Part shown: positions 8,004 through 17,837 of the stretch, in pieces
Position numbering within the stretch: position 1 is the stretch's first letter
Layout of the letters: every line of letters starts with the position of its first letter
NCBI GenBank assembly: GCA_900555075.1
Contig: USJO01000002.1
Coordinates: forward strand, 1-57,845
Length of the DNA stretch: 57,845 nt
Source of the DNA: an uncultured Clostridium sp.
Lineage (GTDB): Bacteria; Bacillota; Clostridia; TANB77; CAG-508
Direction: 5' to 3'
Made by a program: the position numbers and the translations under genes
The notes under the pieces: generated by a model
What the model was told of the DNA's origin: nothing
The model's database searches: none
What the model saw: the letters and a program-made list of their open reading frames with translations, nothing else

Positions 8004-9983
8004 ATGAGTTCAAAAATTCAAAAGGTCAAAGAGTATTACACAGAAAATGGACTGAAAGAAACAGTTAAAAAAGTATATAGGTATACTTCATTTAAGCTTA
8101 AAGTTAAAAATCCTAGCAAATCAAATACTGTATATAAACTATCTAAAACAGAAAAGCAGGTAATAACAACAAAAACAGAAAAGAAAGTATACATATTTAC
8201 TAATATTCCGTATTTTGATGTAGGAGGAGGACAAAGAGCAGCACAGCTTGCCAAAACCTTTAACAATATGGGATACCAAGTAGAATATTACTATGCATTT
8301 AATTCTAGTGAAACAGTAAAACACTCAATGTTATTACCAGTTACAGTACATAAGAAGATAGGTAAATTAAAACTAGGAGAATTTGAAAATAAAATAGATG
8401 AAAATAGCATTTTCATTTTTGAAGCACCAATGGATATGTTTTTACCATTTTTAAAAATAGCGGAAAAAAAGAAGAGTAAAATTATTTATGAAAACATAGA
8501 TAATTGGGAAACCTCTCTTGGTAATATGTTTTTTTCAGAAAAAGCTTTAAAAGAATTTTTGGAGAAATCAACAGTATTAGTTGGAACAGCAAAGCTTTTA
8601 GTAGAACAAATAAACAAATATTTAGAAAAATACAAAATTCTAAACAAACAGGTAATATACTTACCAAATGCAGTAGACTCAGACCTATTTGAACCACGAA
8701 AGGAATATGAAAAGCCACAAGATTTAATTAAAGGTTCTAAAACACTTATTTATTATGGCTCATTGTGGGGAAGCTGGTTTAATTGGGAAATTATAGAACA
8801 AGTAGCAACAAATTGTAAAGATACATCAATAAACTTAATAGGGGATTATGCAGGAATAATAGATATAGTAAAGAAAATGCCAAAAAATGTGCATTTCTTG
8901 GGATTAAAAAAACAAACAGAGCTTCCAAGTTATTTATACTATTCAGACTATGCTATATTGCCATTTAAAACAGATGAAATAGGGAAATATGTATCTCCTC
9001 TAAAAATATTTGAATATATAGCTATGAATAAACCTGTAATTTCAACGCCACTAGATGATATTCTAGAATACAAAAATGTAAATTGCTCAAATGATAGCAA
9101 AGACTGGATAAAGTGGATAAATGAAGGTATAGATTTTAACAAAGAAGAAAGAAATTACTTTATATCAGAAAATGATTGGTATTCAAGAGCTTCTAAAATA
9201 ATCCAAAATTTAGAAAAAAGTAAAAAATGTGATATAGAGTTCTATGATAATATCTCTATTATAATATTAAATTATAACAATAAAAATGTCATTGAAAATT
9301 GCCTAGACTCAATACTAAAATTCAATGATAGATATAATGTAGAAATAATAGTTGTAGACAATCAAAGCACAGATGGTTCATACGAGCTATTACAAGAAAA
9401 ATATAAAGAAAAGATTAAATTATATAGAAATTCAAAAAATGGATGTTCATCAGGTAGAAATTTAGGAGTAAAGAATGCAACTAAAGAATATATAATGTTC
9501 TTAGATAGCGACCAATGGATATTACATAAATACTGGCTAGAACCATATATTGAAATCTTAAATAAAGATAAAAAAGTAGGAGCTTTAGGTTGGGCAGCAG
9601 GCTGGTTTAATAAAGATGGATATTCTTACCATGTAGTAGACAGCTTCCCATATAAATATATGCCACCAATAGGATTGTATCGATGTGATATAGGTTATTT
9701 GGGTACAGGTGGTATGATTTTAAAAAAAGAATTATTTGATAAAATTGAAGGCTTTGATTTGCATTATGATCCAACATGTTATGAGGATACAGATTTATCC
9801 TTAAAGGTTAGAAATGAAGGCCTAGAAATTGCATATACAACATATTTAGGGGTAGGACATCTTCCACATCAAACCACAAAAAGTGGTAGCAAAGAACACG
9901 ACAAGTTAATTAAAAGTAAAGGAGATTATTTTGTTTCAAAATGGAAAAAAATAAATCCTAAGTTATTAAAATATATAAAATAG
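8004..9983 (+). CDS. Bifunctional glycosyltransferase (N-terminal GT4/GT1-like domain plus C-terminal GT2 domain)
   Basis: The N-terminal half shares SPLKIFEYIAMNKPVISTP with the 427-aa GT at 21348. The C-terminal half has ISIIILNYNN...VVDNQSTDGS...FLDSDQ (GT2 DxD). ATG 8004 is preferred over TTG 8001. Confidence 0.75.
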   Translation: MSSKIQKVKEYYTENGLKETVKKVYRYTSFKLKVKNPSKSNTVYKLSKTEKQVITTKTEKKVYIFTNIPYFDVGGGQRAAQLAKTFNNMGYQVEYYYAFNSSETVKHSMLLPVTVHKKIGKLKLGEFENKIDENSIFIFEAPMDMFLPFLKIAEKKKSKIIYENIDNWETSLGNMFFSEKALKEFLEKSTVLVGTAKLLVEQINKYLEKYKILNKQVIYLPNAVDSDLFEPRKEYEKPQDLIKGSKTLIYYGSLWGSWFNWEIIEQVATNCKDTSINLIGDYAGIIDIVKKMPKNVHFLGLKKQTELPSYLYYSDYAILPFKTDEIGKYVSPLKIFEYIAMNKPVISTPLDDILEYKNVNCSNDSKDWIKWINEGIDFNKEERNYFISENDWYSRASKIIQNLEKSKKCDIEFYDNISIIILNYNNKNVIENCLDSILKFNDRYNVEIIVVDNQSTDGSYELLQEKYKEKIKLYRNSKNGCSSGRNLGVKNATKEYIMFLDSDQWILHKYWLEPYIEILNKDKKVGALGWAAGWFNKDGYSYHVVDSFPYKYMPPIGLYRCDIGYLGTGGMILKKELFDKIEGFDLHYDPTCYEDTDLSLKVRNEGLEIAYTTYLGVGHLPHQTTKSGSKEHDKLIKSKGDYFVSKWKKINPKLLKYIK

Positions 9984-9997
9984 AAAGAGGGAAAAAT

Positions 9998-10996
9998 ATG
10001 TTTAAAGACAAAGTATTATTAATTACAGGTGGAACAGGTTCATTTGGAAATGCTGTTCTAAAAAGATTTTTAGATTCAGATTTAAAGGAAATAAGAATTT
10101 TTTCAAGAGACGAGAAAAAACAAGATGACATGAGAAAGAAATACAACAATGACAAATTAAAATTTTACATAGGAGATGTAAGAGATGCACATAGTGTACA
10201 AGAAGCAATGAAAGGAGTAGACTATGTATTCCACGCAGCAGCATTAAAACAAGTACCATCTTGCGAATTCTTCCCATTACAAGCAGTTCAAACAAATATA
10301 ATAGGAACAGGAAATGTTCTAGATGCTGCAATAGAAAATAAAGTTAAAAAAGTTATAGTATTAAGCACAGATAAAGCAGCATATCCAATAAATGCAATGG
10401 GAATGAGCAAAGCTTTAATGGAAAAAGTTGCAGTTGCAAAAGGAAGAAATGTTGGAGAAAATGGAACTATAATATGTAGAACAAGATATGGAAACGTAAT
10501 GGGTTCAAGAGGTTCTGTAATCCCATTATTTAGAAAACAAATTAAAGAAGGTAATCCATTAACAATTACAAATCCTGAAATGACAAGATTTATGATGACA
10601 TTAAATGACGCTGTAGACCTAGTTATATATGCATTTGAACATGGAAAACAGGGAGACTTATTTGTACAAAAAGCACCAGCAGCAACAATAGAAACATTAG
10701 CACAAGCAGTTTGCAAAATGGAAAATGTAGAAGAAAACATTAAACATATAGGTACAAGACATGGAGAAAAATTATATGAAGTTCTAGTTACAAAAGAAGA
10801 AATGTTAAATGCAGAAGATTTAGGAGATTATTTTAGAGTTCCAGCAGATAATAGAGACTTAAATTACAATAAATACGAAATACATGGAAATGAGAAAATA
10901 AATGAAATGCAAGAATACACATCACATAATACACAAAGATTAGATGTAGACGGAATGATAAAATTATTAATTAAAATGGGGGAAATTGAAGAATGA
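9998..10996 (+). CDS. UDP-N-acetylglucosamine 4,6-dehydratase/5-epimerase (CapE/FnlA/WbvB family SDR)
   Basis: N-terminus MFKDKVLLITGGTGSFGNAVLKRF, 332 aa, with MSKALMEK (the YxxxK position carries M, as in CapE-type enzymes). Followed by reductase and 2-epimerase genes. Confidence 0.8.
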   Translation: MFKDKVLLITGGTGSFGNAVLKRFLDSDLKEIRIFSRDEKKQDDMRKKYNNDKLKFYIGDVRDAHSVQEAMKGVDYVFHAAALKQVPSCEFFPLQAVQTNIIGTGNVLDAAIENKVKKVIVLSTDKAAYPINAMGMSKALMEKVAVAKGRNVGENGTIICRTRYGNVMGSRGSVIPLFRKQIKEGNPLTITNPEMTRFMMTLNDAVDLVIYAFEHGKQGDLFVQKAPAATIETLAQAVCKMENVEENIKHIGTRHGEKLYEVLVTKEEMLNAEDLGDYFRVPADNRDLNYNKYEIHGNEKINEMQEYTSHNTQRLDVDGMIKLLIKMGEIEE

Positions 10997-11850
10997 AAAT
11001 TTTAGTTCTAGGCGGAGAAGGAATGCTAGGACACGTAGTTAGAAGATACTTTGAAAAACAAAGTAATGAAGTATATTTCACAAGCAGAAACAAAGAAAGT
11101 GAAAATTATTTTGACGTAGCAGAAGACATAAAGAATATAGACAAAATAGTAGATAGAATAAAACCACAAGTTGTTATAAACTGTATAGGTTTATTAAACA
11201 AAGTTGCAGAAGCAAACAAATCTTTAGCAGTATTGGTAAATAGCTATTTACCACATTATATAGATGAGCTATCAGAAAAAGCAAATTTCAAATTTATTCA
11301 CGTAAGCACAGATTGCGTTTTTGATGGTAAAAAAGGTAGGTATACAGTAGATAGTTTTAAAGATGCATATAGCTTTTATGGCCAATCAAAAGCACTAGGC
11401 GAAGTAAATAATAATAGAACTGTGACACTTAGAACTTCAATAGTTGGACCAGATGAAAATCCAAGAGGAATAGGGCTATTCCAATGGTTTATGAACCAAG
11501 AAGGAGAGACAAAAGGTTATTCAAAAGCAATATGGACAGGAATAACAACAATACAATTTGCAAAATGTATGGAGGAAGCAATTAACAACAACTTATCAGG
11601 TCTGTACCATGCAGTAAATGGAGAAAAAATTGCAAAAGCAGATTTACTAAGACTATTTGCAAAATACTTTAAACCATCAACAAAGGTTGTAGATGATGAT
11701 AGTTATGTCTCAGATAAAAGCCTTGCGCTAAAGAAAAATGATTATAGATTTCGTATCCCAAGTTACGAAGAAATGGTGAAAGAAATGAAAGACTGGGTAT
11801 TAGAAAATGAAGACTTATATCCAAATTTAATAAAAAAAATGGAGGAATAA
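10993..11850 (+). CDS. RmlD-like SDR, probable UDP-4-keto-6-deoxy-L-HexNAc 4-reductase
   Basis: 285 aa. ILVLGGEGMLG Rossmann start and YGQSKALGE catalytic YxxxK. Its start overlaps the upstream stop as ATGA. Confidence 0.65.
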   Translation: MKILVLGGEGMLGHVVRRYFEKQSNEVYFTSRNKESENYFDVAEDIKNIDKIVDRIKPQVVINCIGLLNKVAEANKSLAVLVNSYLPHYIDELSEKANFKFIHVSTDCVFDGKKGRYTVDSFKDAYSFYGQSKALGEVNNNRTVTLRTSIVGPDENPRGIGLFQWFMNQEGETKGYSKAIWTGITTIQFAKCMEEAINNNLSGLYHAVNGEKIAKADLLRLFAKYFKPSTKVVDDDSYVSDKSLALKKNDYRFRIPSYEEMVKEMKDWVLENEDLYPNLIKKMEE

Positions 11851-11851
11851 A

Positions 11852-12961
11852 ATGAAAGTAATGACAATAGTAGGCACAAGACCAGAAATAATAAAACTTG
11901 CTTGCGTAATTGAAGAACTAGATAAATACACAGACCATATTTTAGTACATACAGGGCAAAATTATGATTATGAATTAAATGAAATATTTTTTGATGGAAT
12001 GAATATAAGAAAACCAGATATATATATGAATGCAGCAGGAGAAACACCAGCAGAGACAATAGGAAATACAATAGCAATTTCAGATAAATTAATAAAAGAA
12101 CATAAGCCTGATGCTATACTTCTATATGGAGATACAAACTCATGCTTGGCTGTTATCTCAGCAAAAAGAAACAAAGTACCAGTATTCCACATGGAAGCTG
12201 GAAATAGATGCTTTGACCAAAGAGTTCCAGAAGAAATAAATAGAAAAATAATAGACCACTCAAGTGATATTAATATGACAATAACAGAACATGCAAGAAG
12301 ATACTTAATACAAGAAGGTATAAGACCAGAAACAATAATAAAAATTGGTTCAAGTATGAAAGAAGTATTAAGAAAAAATGCTAAAACAATAGAAGAGAGT
12401 AAGGTATTAGAAACACTTGGAATAGAAAAAGGAAAATATTTTGTACTAAGTACACATAGAGAAGAAAATGTAGATAATCCAAAGAATTTTGAAAATCTAC
12501 TAAACTCAATAAATAAAATAGCAAATACATACAAAATGCCAATAATATTCTCAGCACATCCAAGAACAAGAAAAAAAATAGAGAGTTTAAACTTTAAATT
12601 TAACGAACTTGTTAAATATATGAAACCATTAGGATTTGCAGACTATAATAAATTACAACAAAACGCATTTTGCGTAATATCAGATAGTGGAACAATAACA
12701 GAGGAATCTTCAATACTAGGATTCCCAGCAATAACAGTAAGACAAGCACACGAAAGACCAGAAGGAATGGATGAAGGAACACTAATAATGAGTGGACTAG
12801 AAAGCAAAGATATAATAACAGCAATAAATGTAGTAACAAGTCAAAAAGAAAAAATGCATATAGTAAACGACTACGATGCAGACCACGTAGCAGCAAAAGT
12901 GGTAAGAATAATATTAAGCTACACAGATTATATAAATAGAACAGTGTGGAAAAAATATTAA
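11852..12961 (+). CDS. Non-hydrolysing UDP-HexNAc 2-epimerase (FnlC/CapG/WbvD-like)
   Basis: MKVMTIVGTRPEIIKLA N-terminus, HMEAGNRCFD and ISDSGTITEES motifs. It is the third gene of the L-hexosamine trio. Confidence 0.85.
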   Translation: MKVMTIVGTRPEIIKLACVIEELDKYTDHILVHTGQNYDYELNEIFFDGMNIRKPDIYMNAAGETPAETIGNTIAISDKLIKEHKPDAILLYGDTNSCLAVISAKRNKVPVFHMEAGNRCFDQRVPEEINRKIIDHSSDINMTITEHARRYLIQEGIRPETIIKIGSSMKEVLRKNAKTIEESKVLETLGIEKGKYFVLSTHREENVDNPKNFENLLNSINKIANTYKMPIIFSAHPRTRKKIESLNFKFNELVKYMKPLGFADYNKLQQNAFCVISDSGTITEESSILGFPAITVRQAHERPEGMDEGTLIMSGLESKDIITAINVVTSQKEKMHIVNDYDADHVAAKVVRIILSYTDYINRTVWKKY

Positions 12962-13008
12962 TAAAATTATTTAAATTTGATTATAGTAATAATATGAGGA
13001 GTAATAAT

Positions 13009-15246
13009 ATGAATACGGAATTTAAACCAAAGGTATCAATCATAATACCAGTATACAATGGAGAAAACTATTTAAGAGAATCTATAGATAGTGCATTAAG
13101 ACAAACTTATGATAATTTAGAAATAATTGTAGTAGATGATGGTTCAAAAGACAAGACAGCGGAAATTGCAAAATCATATGGTAATAAAATTAGATTCTTT
13201 CGTAAGGAAAATGGTGGAACATCAACAGCTCTTAATGTAGGAATATCACATATGACAGGAGAATATTTCTCATGGCTTTCTCATGATGATATGTATTATC
13301 CTGACAAAATAAAAAGACAAATTGAAGAATTATCTAAATTGAACAATAAAAACACAATAATGATGACTGATTTAGATGGAATTAATGAAAACTATGAAAA
13401 GATTTATCAAACAAATTATATTCAACATATTAAAGCTTATCCAAATCGAGAAAGATCATATATTCATCCAATTATCTATAATCAAACACATGGATGTACT
13501 TTATTAATACCAAAAAAATGTTTCGAAGAGGTAGGACTTTTTGATGAAAAGGAATTGGTTGCACAGGATTTTGAATTCTTTTATAGAGCTTTTTTAAAAT
13601 TCCCACATAAACTTATTCCAGAAGTTTTAGTTACAGCAAGGGATTCATCTAACAGGCAGGGAAGAAGAAGTCATAATAAGGGAGACGAGGAGTATAGCAG
13701 ACTATTTATTAAAATAATTGAAAATCTAACAGAAGAAGATATGAATTTATTAGCGCCAAGTAGAGCTGATTTCTATGCAGATATGAAAGAATTCTTTGAT
13801 TGTGCTGGATATACAATAGCATATAAATATATAACTGAAAAGATGTTTTCAAATTTACAAATATCATCATATGATTTAATTGGCAATAAATTTAATGGAC
13901 ATAATTTACACAAAATGTTAAGAGATAAAGGTGTAGATTCTAAACAAGTAGTTTGGTATAAACAATCTGAAGATATAAATACATTCTACTATGATTTTTC
14001 AAGAAAAACAGCCACAAAAGATTTAATCAGCCAAAAAATGTTTCTGGATTCAGATATTATACACTTACACATGGTACACAATATAATTGATTTAAATTAT
14101 TTACCAATAATGACAAGTTTAAAACCTACAGTAATAACATTACACGATCCATTCTTTTTGGGTGGACATTGTGTACATCATTTTGATTGTAATAGTTGGA
14201 AAACACATTGTGCAGATTGTAGATATTTAAATAAAATGTTTGCAATTGACAATGATTATACCGCATTGAATTTTGAATTAAAGAAGAATGCCATTCAAAA
14301 TTCAAATATTTCAGCAATTGTAGCTTCAAAGTGGATGGAAAATAAAGTAAAACAATCTCCAATATGGGAAAATAAAAAAATATATTATTTACCATTTGGA
14401 ACAGACCAAAATATTTTCAAACCAGCAATAAAGAATGATATTCGAAAAGAATTAAATATTAATGAAAACAACTTTGTTATAATGTTTAGAGAAGATAGCG
14501 TGAGTTATAAAGGACTAGATATAATAAAAAAAGCATTATCTAAGATAAAAAGCAGAAAAAACATTACAATAATAGCTGTTGGAGAAGAAGGATTATTAGA
14601 AGACTTTGCTGATAAATTTAATATTATTGAATATGGTTGGGTAACAGATGATAAAAAAGTAGCAAAATTATATCAAGCATGTGATATATTCCTAATGCCA
14701 TCTAGACAAGAAACATTCGGTGCAATGGCAATTGAAGCTATGAGTTGTGGCAAAACAGTATTATCAATAACAGGAGAAGGAACAGCATTACCAGAAGTAA
14801 TTAATTCGCCAGAATGTGGACTAGCAGTAGATGAGAAAAATTTTACACAAAAATTAGAATATTTCATAGATAATACAAATGAATTAAAAATTAGAGGTGA
14901 AAAGTCAGTTAAATATGCAAAACAAAATTATAATAAAGAAAATTATTTAAATGGAATGATTAATATTTACAAAGACATAATAAAAAATCACCATGTAGAA
15001 TACAATAAAAAAATTGTTTTAGAGCAATTAAAAAAATACAGTTGTAATAATTTTATATTAGAAAAAAATCCAGAAGAAATACAAAAGGAAACAATGTTAG
15101 GAATACCAGAAAAAATAAATGTAGATGAATATACACTAGTAAAAAAATCTAATATTTTTGTAAAAATATATAGAAAAATTATACCTGTTAAAATTAGACG
15201 AAAATTTAAGGTTGCAATAATTGCTTTTAGAGAAGAACGTATTTAA
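13009..15246 (+). CDS. Fused GT2 plus GT4-type glycosyltransferase
   Basis: Start set at ATG 13009, with GAGGAG 7 nt upstream. The GT2 half has VSIIIPVYNGENYL...VVDDGSKD...SWLSHDDMY. The GT4 half has a GGHCVHHFDCNSWKTHCADC Cys/His cluster and FLMPSRQETFGAMAIEAMSCG. Confidence 0.75.
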   Translation: MNTEFKPKVSIIIPVYNGENYLRESIDSALRQTYDNLEIIVVDDGSKDKTAEIAKSYGNKIRFFRKENGGTSTALNVGISHMTGEYFSWLSHDDMYYPDKIKRQIEELSKLNNKNTIMMTDLDGINENYEKIYQTNYIQHIKAYPNRERSYIHPIIYNQTHGCTLLIPKKCFEEVGLFDEKELVAQDFEFFYRAFLKFPHKLIPEVLVTARDSSNRQGRRSHNKGDEEYSRLFIKIIENLTEEDMNLLAPSRADFYADMKEFFDCAGYTIAYKYITEKMFSNLQISSYDLIGNKFNGHNLHKMLRDKGVDSKQVVWYKQSEDINTFYYDFSRKTATKDLISQKMFLDSDIIHLHMVHNIIDLNYLPIMTSLKPTVITLHDPFFLGGHCVHHFDCNSWKTHCADCRYLNKMFAIDNDYTALNFELKKNAIQNSNISAIVASKWMENKVKQSPIWENKKIYYLPFGTDQNIFKPAIKNDIRKELNINENNFVIMFREDSVSYKGLDIIKKALSKIKSRKNITIIAVGEEGLLEDFADKFNIIEYGWVTDDKKVAKLYQACDIFLMPSRQETFGAMAIEAMSCGKTVLSITGEGTALPEVINSPECGLAVDEKNFTQKLEYFIDNTNELKIRGEKSVKYAKQNYNKENYLNGMINIYKDIIKNHHVEYNKKIVLEQLKKYSCNNFILEKNPEEIQKETMLGIPEKINVDEYTLVKKSNIFVKIYRKIIPVKIRRKFKVAIIAFREERI

Positions 15247-15275
15247 AATAATACATTGTAAACAGGAGGAATAAT

Positions 15276-17837
15276 ATGCGTATTACTGATGAACGATTGT
15301 GTATAGGATGTACAGCTTGCATGAATGTTTGTCCTACAAATGCTATAGAATTTAAAGAAAATAAAAACGGTTTTTTAATACCAGTAATAAACCAAAAAAC
15401 ATGTAATAAATGTGGACAATGTAAAAAAGTATGTCCTACACTCAACATAAATAAAACCCAAACAGTTAAAAATGTGTACGAGGGCTGGATATTAAATGAA
15501 AAAAAAAGAATGTCAAGTTCATCTGGTGGAATTTTTTCTGCAATTGCAGAAAATGTCCTAGAGCATGGGGGCTTTGTTTGTGGAGCATATATGAATTCAA
15601 AACATGAAGTGGAGCATATAATTATTTCAGAAGAAAAAGAACTATGTAAATTAAGTGGTTCAAAATACGTTCAAAGCAATTTGGGAAAAATATTTAAAGA
15701 GGTAAAAATAATATTAGAAAAAGGAAAAACCGTACTTTTCTCAGGAACACCATGTCAAATAGCCGGATTAAAAAGCTTTTTAAAAAAGAAATATGAAAAT
15801 TTAATAACTGTAGATATTATATGCCATGGTGTACCAAGTCCAAAAGTCTTTAAAGATTATATAGAACAAATTGAAAAGGAAAAAGGTAAACATGTAACGA
15901 CTATATATTTCAAAGATAAATCAGAAGGGTGGAAAAATCCACAATTTGTTATAAAAAGTAATGACGAAATTATTAAAAAGTGTACAATTTTTGATGATAT
16001 ATATGGGAGAAGTTTTTTAACAAATATGATTTTAAGAGAATCTTGTTATGATTGTAAATATTCCACATTAAATAGCCAAAGTGATATTACACTAGGCGAT
16101 TTTTGGGGAGAAGAAAAATATAACAAAAATATAGATTCTTTTAAAGGTATATCTATAATAATTGTTCATACAGAAAAAGGAAATGAAATAATAAATATAT
16201 TGAAAAAAGATAGGATTAAGCTATATGATAATGTACCATTAGAATTAGCAATAAATAATAATTATCCAATTGCATTACCATCTTTAAAACATACAAATAG
16301 TGATGAATTTTTTTCTGAATATTCAAAAGGAACCAATGATATTAAAAATCTTTTATTAAAATATGTTGACAATAAAAAAGAAGAACAATATAAAGAAAAA
16401 AGTGTTGGAATTTTAAATTTTCATTATGAAAATTATAATTATGGAGCAAATTTAGTAGCATATTCTTTAATGAAAACAATTGAAAAATTAGGTTTTAATG
16501 CAAAAATTATAAATTATGACCCATTTGAAGATTTAAAACCCATGGAAAAAATACAAATCAATAAAATTAAAATATTTAAGGAATATTTTTTCAAACAAAC
16601 ACCAAAAATTTCAAATGGCTCAGAGCTTTATAAGTTAAATAATTATTTTGATACATTCATTGTAGGTAGTGATCAAGTTTGGAGAAAAACGATAACAGCA
16701 GCGAATTTATATCATTACTTTTTGGATTTTGTAAATCCTTCAAAAAAAATATTATCCTATGGGGCAAGCTTTGGAACAGATAAATGGGAAGGAAACGAAG
16801 AAGAAACCATAGAAGTAAAAAAACTTATAAAGAGATTTGATGAAATATCCGTACGTGAAAATGATGGAGTAAATATATGTAAAGAAATCTTTGGAATAGA
16901 TGCATATCAGACATTAGATACAACATTATTGTTAACAGATAAAGAATATCAATCAATAATTGATTTTGAAAATCATGATGAAATAAAAGAAGATTATGCA
17001 GCATATTATTTTTTATTTGACAAAGACAGGAATAACGAAAATAGTCAAGAATTAAAAAATATATTACAAAGAGAAAATTTAAAAATAATTAATGTAAAAG
17101 GCAAAGATGATATAATACTTGGAAGGAAAATGTTTGTTTACAATTCAATATCTCAATGGTTAAACTATATTAAAAATTCTAAATTAGTAATTACTGATTC
17201 ATATCATGGTGTATTGTTTGCAATTATATATCGAAAACCTTTTATATGCATTACTAAAAATTGCACATCATTTAGTAGATTTAATTCACTTTTTAGCATT
17301 TTTAATATTAAAGATAGCTTTTTTAATGACTTTAGCGATATTAAAGACATGAAAAAAGTATATAATATTAATTACAATATTATTGAAAGTAAATTACAAG
17401 AAGAAAAAGAAAAATCAATTTCATTTTTAGAAAAAGCATTAAAAGAAAGTTTTACAGAGAAAAAATTTAGAAAAATGGAAGAAGAATGGATTAATCTAAA
17501 AGAGGTAAATAGTAGTAAAAATGAAAGAATTTCAAATTTAGAAATATACTATGTTGAACTTAATGAAAAATATATTGAGCAATGTAAGAAAGTAGAAAAC
17601 ATGCAATTTAAATATAATAATATAAATGATGAACTAAAAAGTATGCAAATAATGATTAACAAGATAAATGAAGAAAAGAATGAGATTAAGCAGGAATTAA
17701 TAGATACACAAGATTTATTAAAAAATAAAGAAGAAGAAATTAAAAAAATATTAAATTCAACAAGTTGGAAGCTAACAAAACCTATTAGAAAAATTAAAAA
17801 TTTAACCAATAAATTTAAAGATAAAGGAGAAATATGA
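15276..17837 (+). CDS. Fusion protein: 2x[4Fe-4S] ferredoxin + FrhB/FdhB-like (F420 hydrogenase beta-like) + polysaccharide pyruvyl transferase + C-terminal coiled coil
   Basis: CIGCTACMNVCP and CNKCGQCKKVCP cluster motifs at the N-terminus. The middle region GILNFHYENYNYGANLVAYSL...VGSDQVW...ITDSYHG is typical of pyruvyl transferases. The last 130 aa or so are heptad-like and E/K/N-rich, ending in STSWKLTKPIRKIKN. Confidence 0.7.
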   Translation: MRITDERLCIGCTACMNVCPTNAIEFKENKNGFLIPVINQKTCNKCGQCKKVCPTLNINKTQTVKNVYEGWILNEKKRMSSSSGGIFSAIAENVLEHGGFVCGAYMNSKHEVEHIIISEEKELCKLSGSKYVQSNLGKIFKEVKIILEKGKTVLFSGTPCQIAGLKSFLKKKYENLITVDIICHGVPSPKVFKDYIEQIEKEKGKHVTTIYFKDKSEGWKNPQFVIKSNDEIIKKCTIFDDIYGRSFLTNMILRESCYDCKYSTLNSQSDITLGDFWGEEKYNKNIDSFKGISIIIVHTEKGNEIINILKKDRIKLYDNVPLELAINNNYPIALPSLKHTNSDEFFSEYSKGTNDIKNLLLKYVDNKKEEQYKEKSVGILNFHYENYNYGANLVAYSLMKTIEKLGFNAKIINYDPFEDLKPMEKIQINKIKIFKEYFFKQTPKISNGSELYKLNNYFDTFIVGSDQVWRKTITAANLYHYFLDFVNPSKKILSYGASFGTDKWEGNEEETIEVKKLIKRFDEISVRENDGVNICKEIFGIDAYQTLDTTLLLTDKEYQSIIDFENHDEIKEDYAAYYFLFDKDRNNENSQELKNILQRENLKIINVKGKDDIILGRKMFVYNSISQWLNYIKNSKLVITDSYHGVLFAIIYRKPFICITKNCTSFSRFNSLFSIFNIKDSFFNDFSDIKDMKKVYNINYNIIESKLQEEKEKSISFLEKALKESFTEKKFRKMEEEWINLKEVNSSKNERISNLEIYYVELNEKYIEQCKKVENMQFKYNNINDELKSMQIMINKINEEKNEIKQELIDTQDLLKNKEEEIKKILNSTSWKLTKPIRKIKNLTNKFKDKGEI

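Noticed and set aside
15499-15507. A9 tract inside the pyruvyl-transferase fusion gene, and A7-A8 tracts in other genes, as possible phase-variation switches.
   Set aside because: Comparable A-runs occur in housekeeping genes here (thrS, yunB). They are expected at this base composition, and nothing shows enrichment in surface genes.
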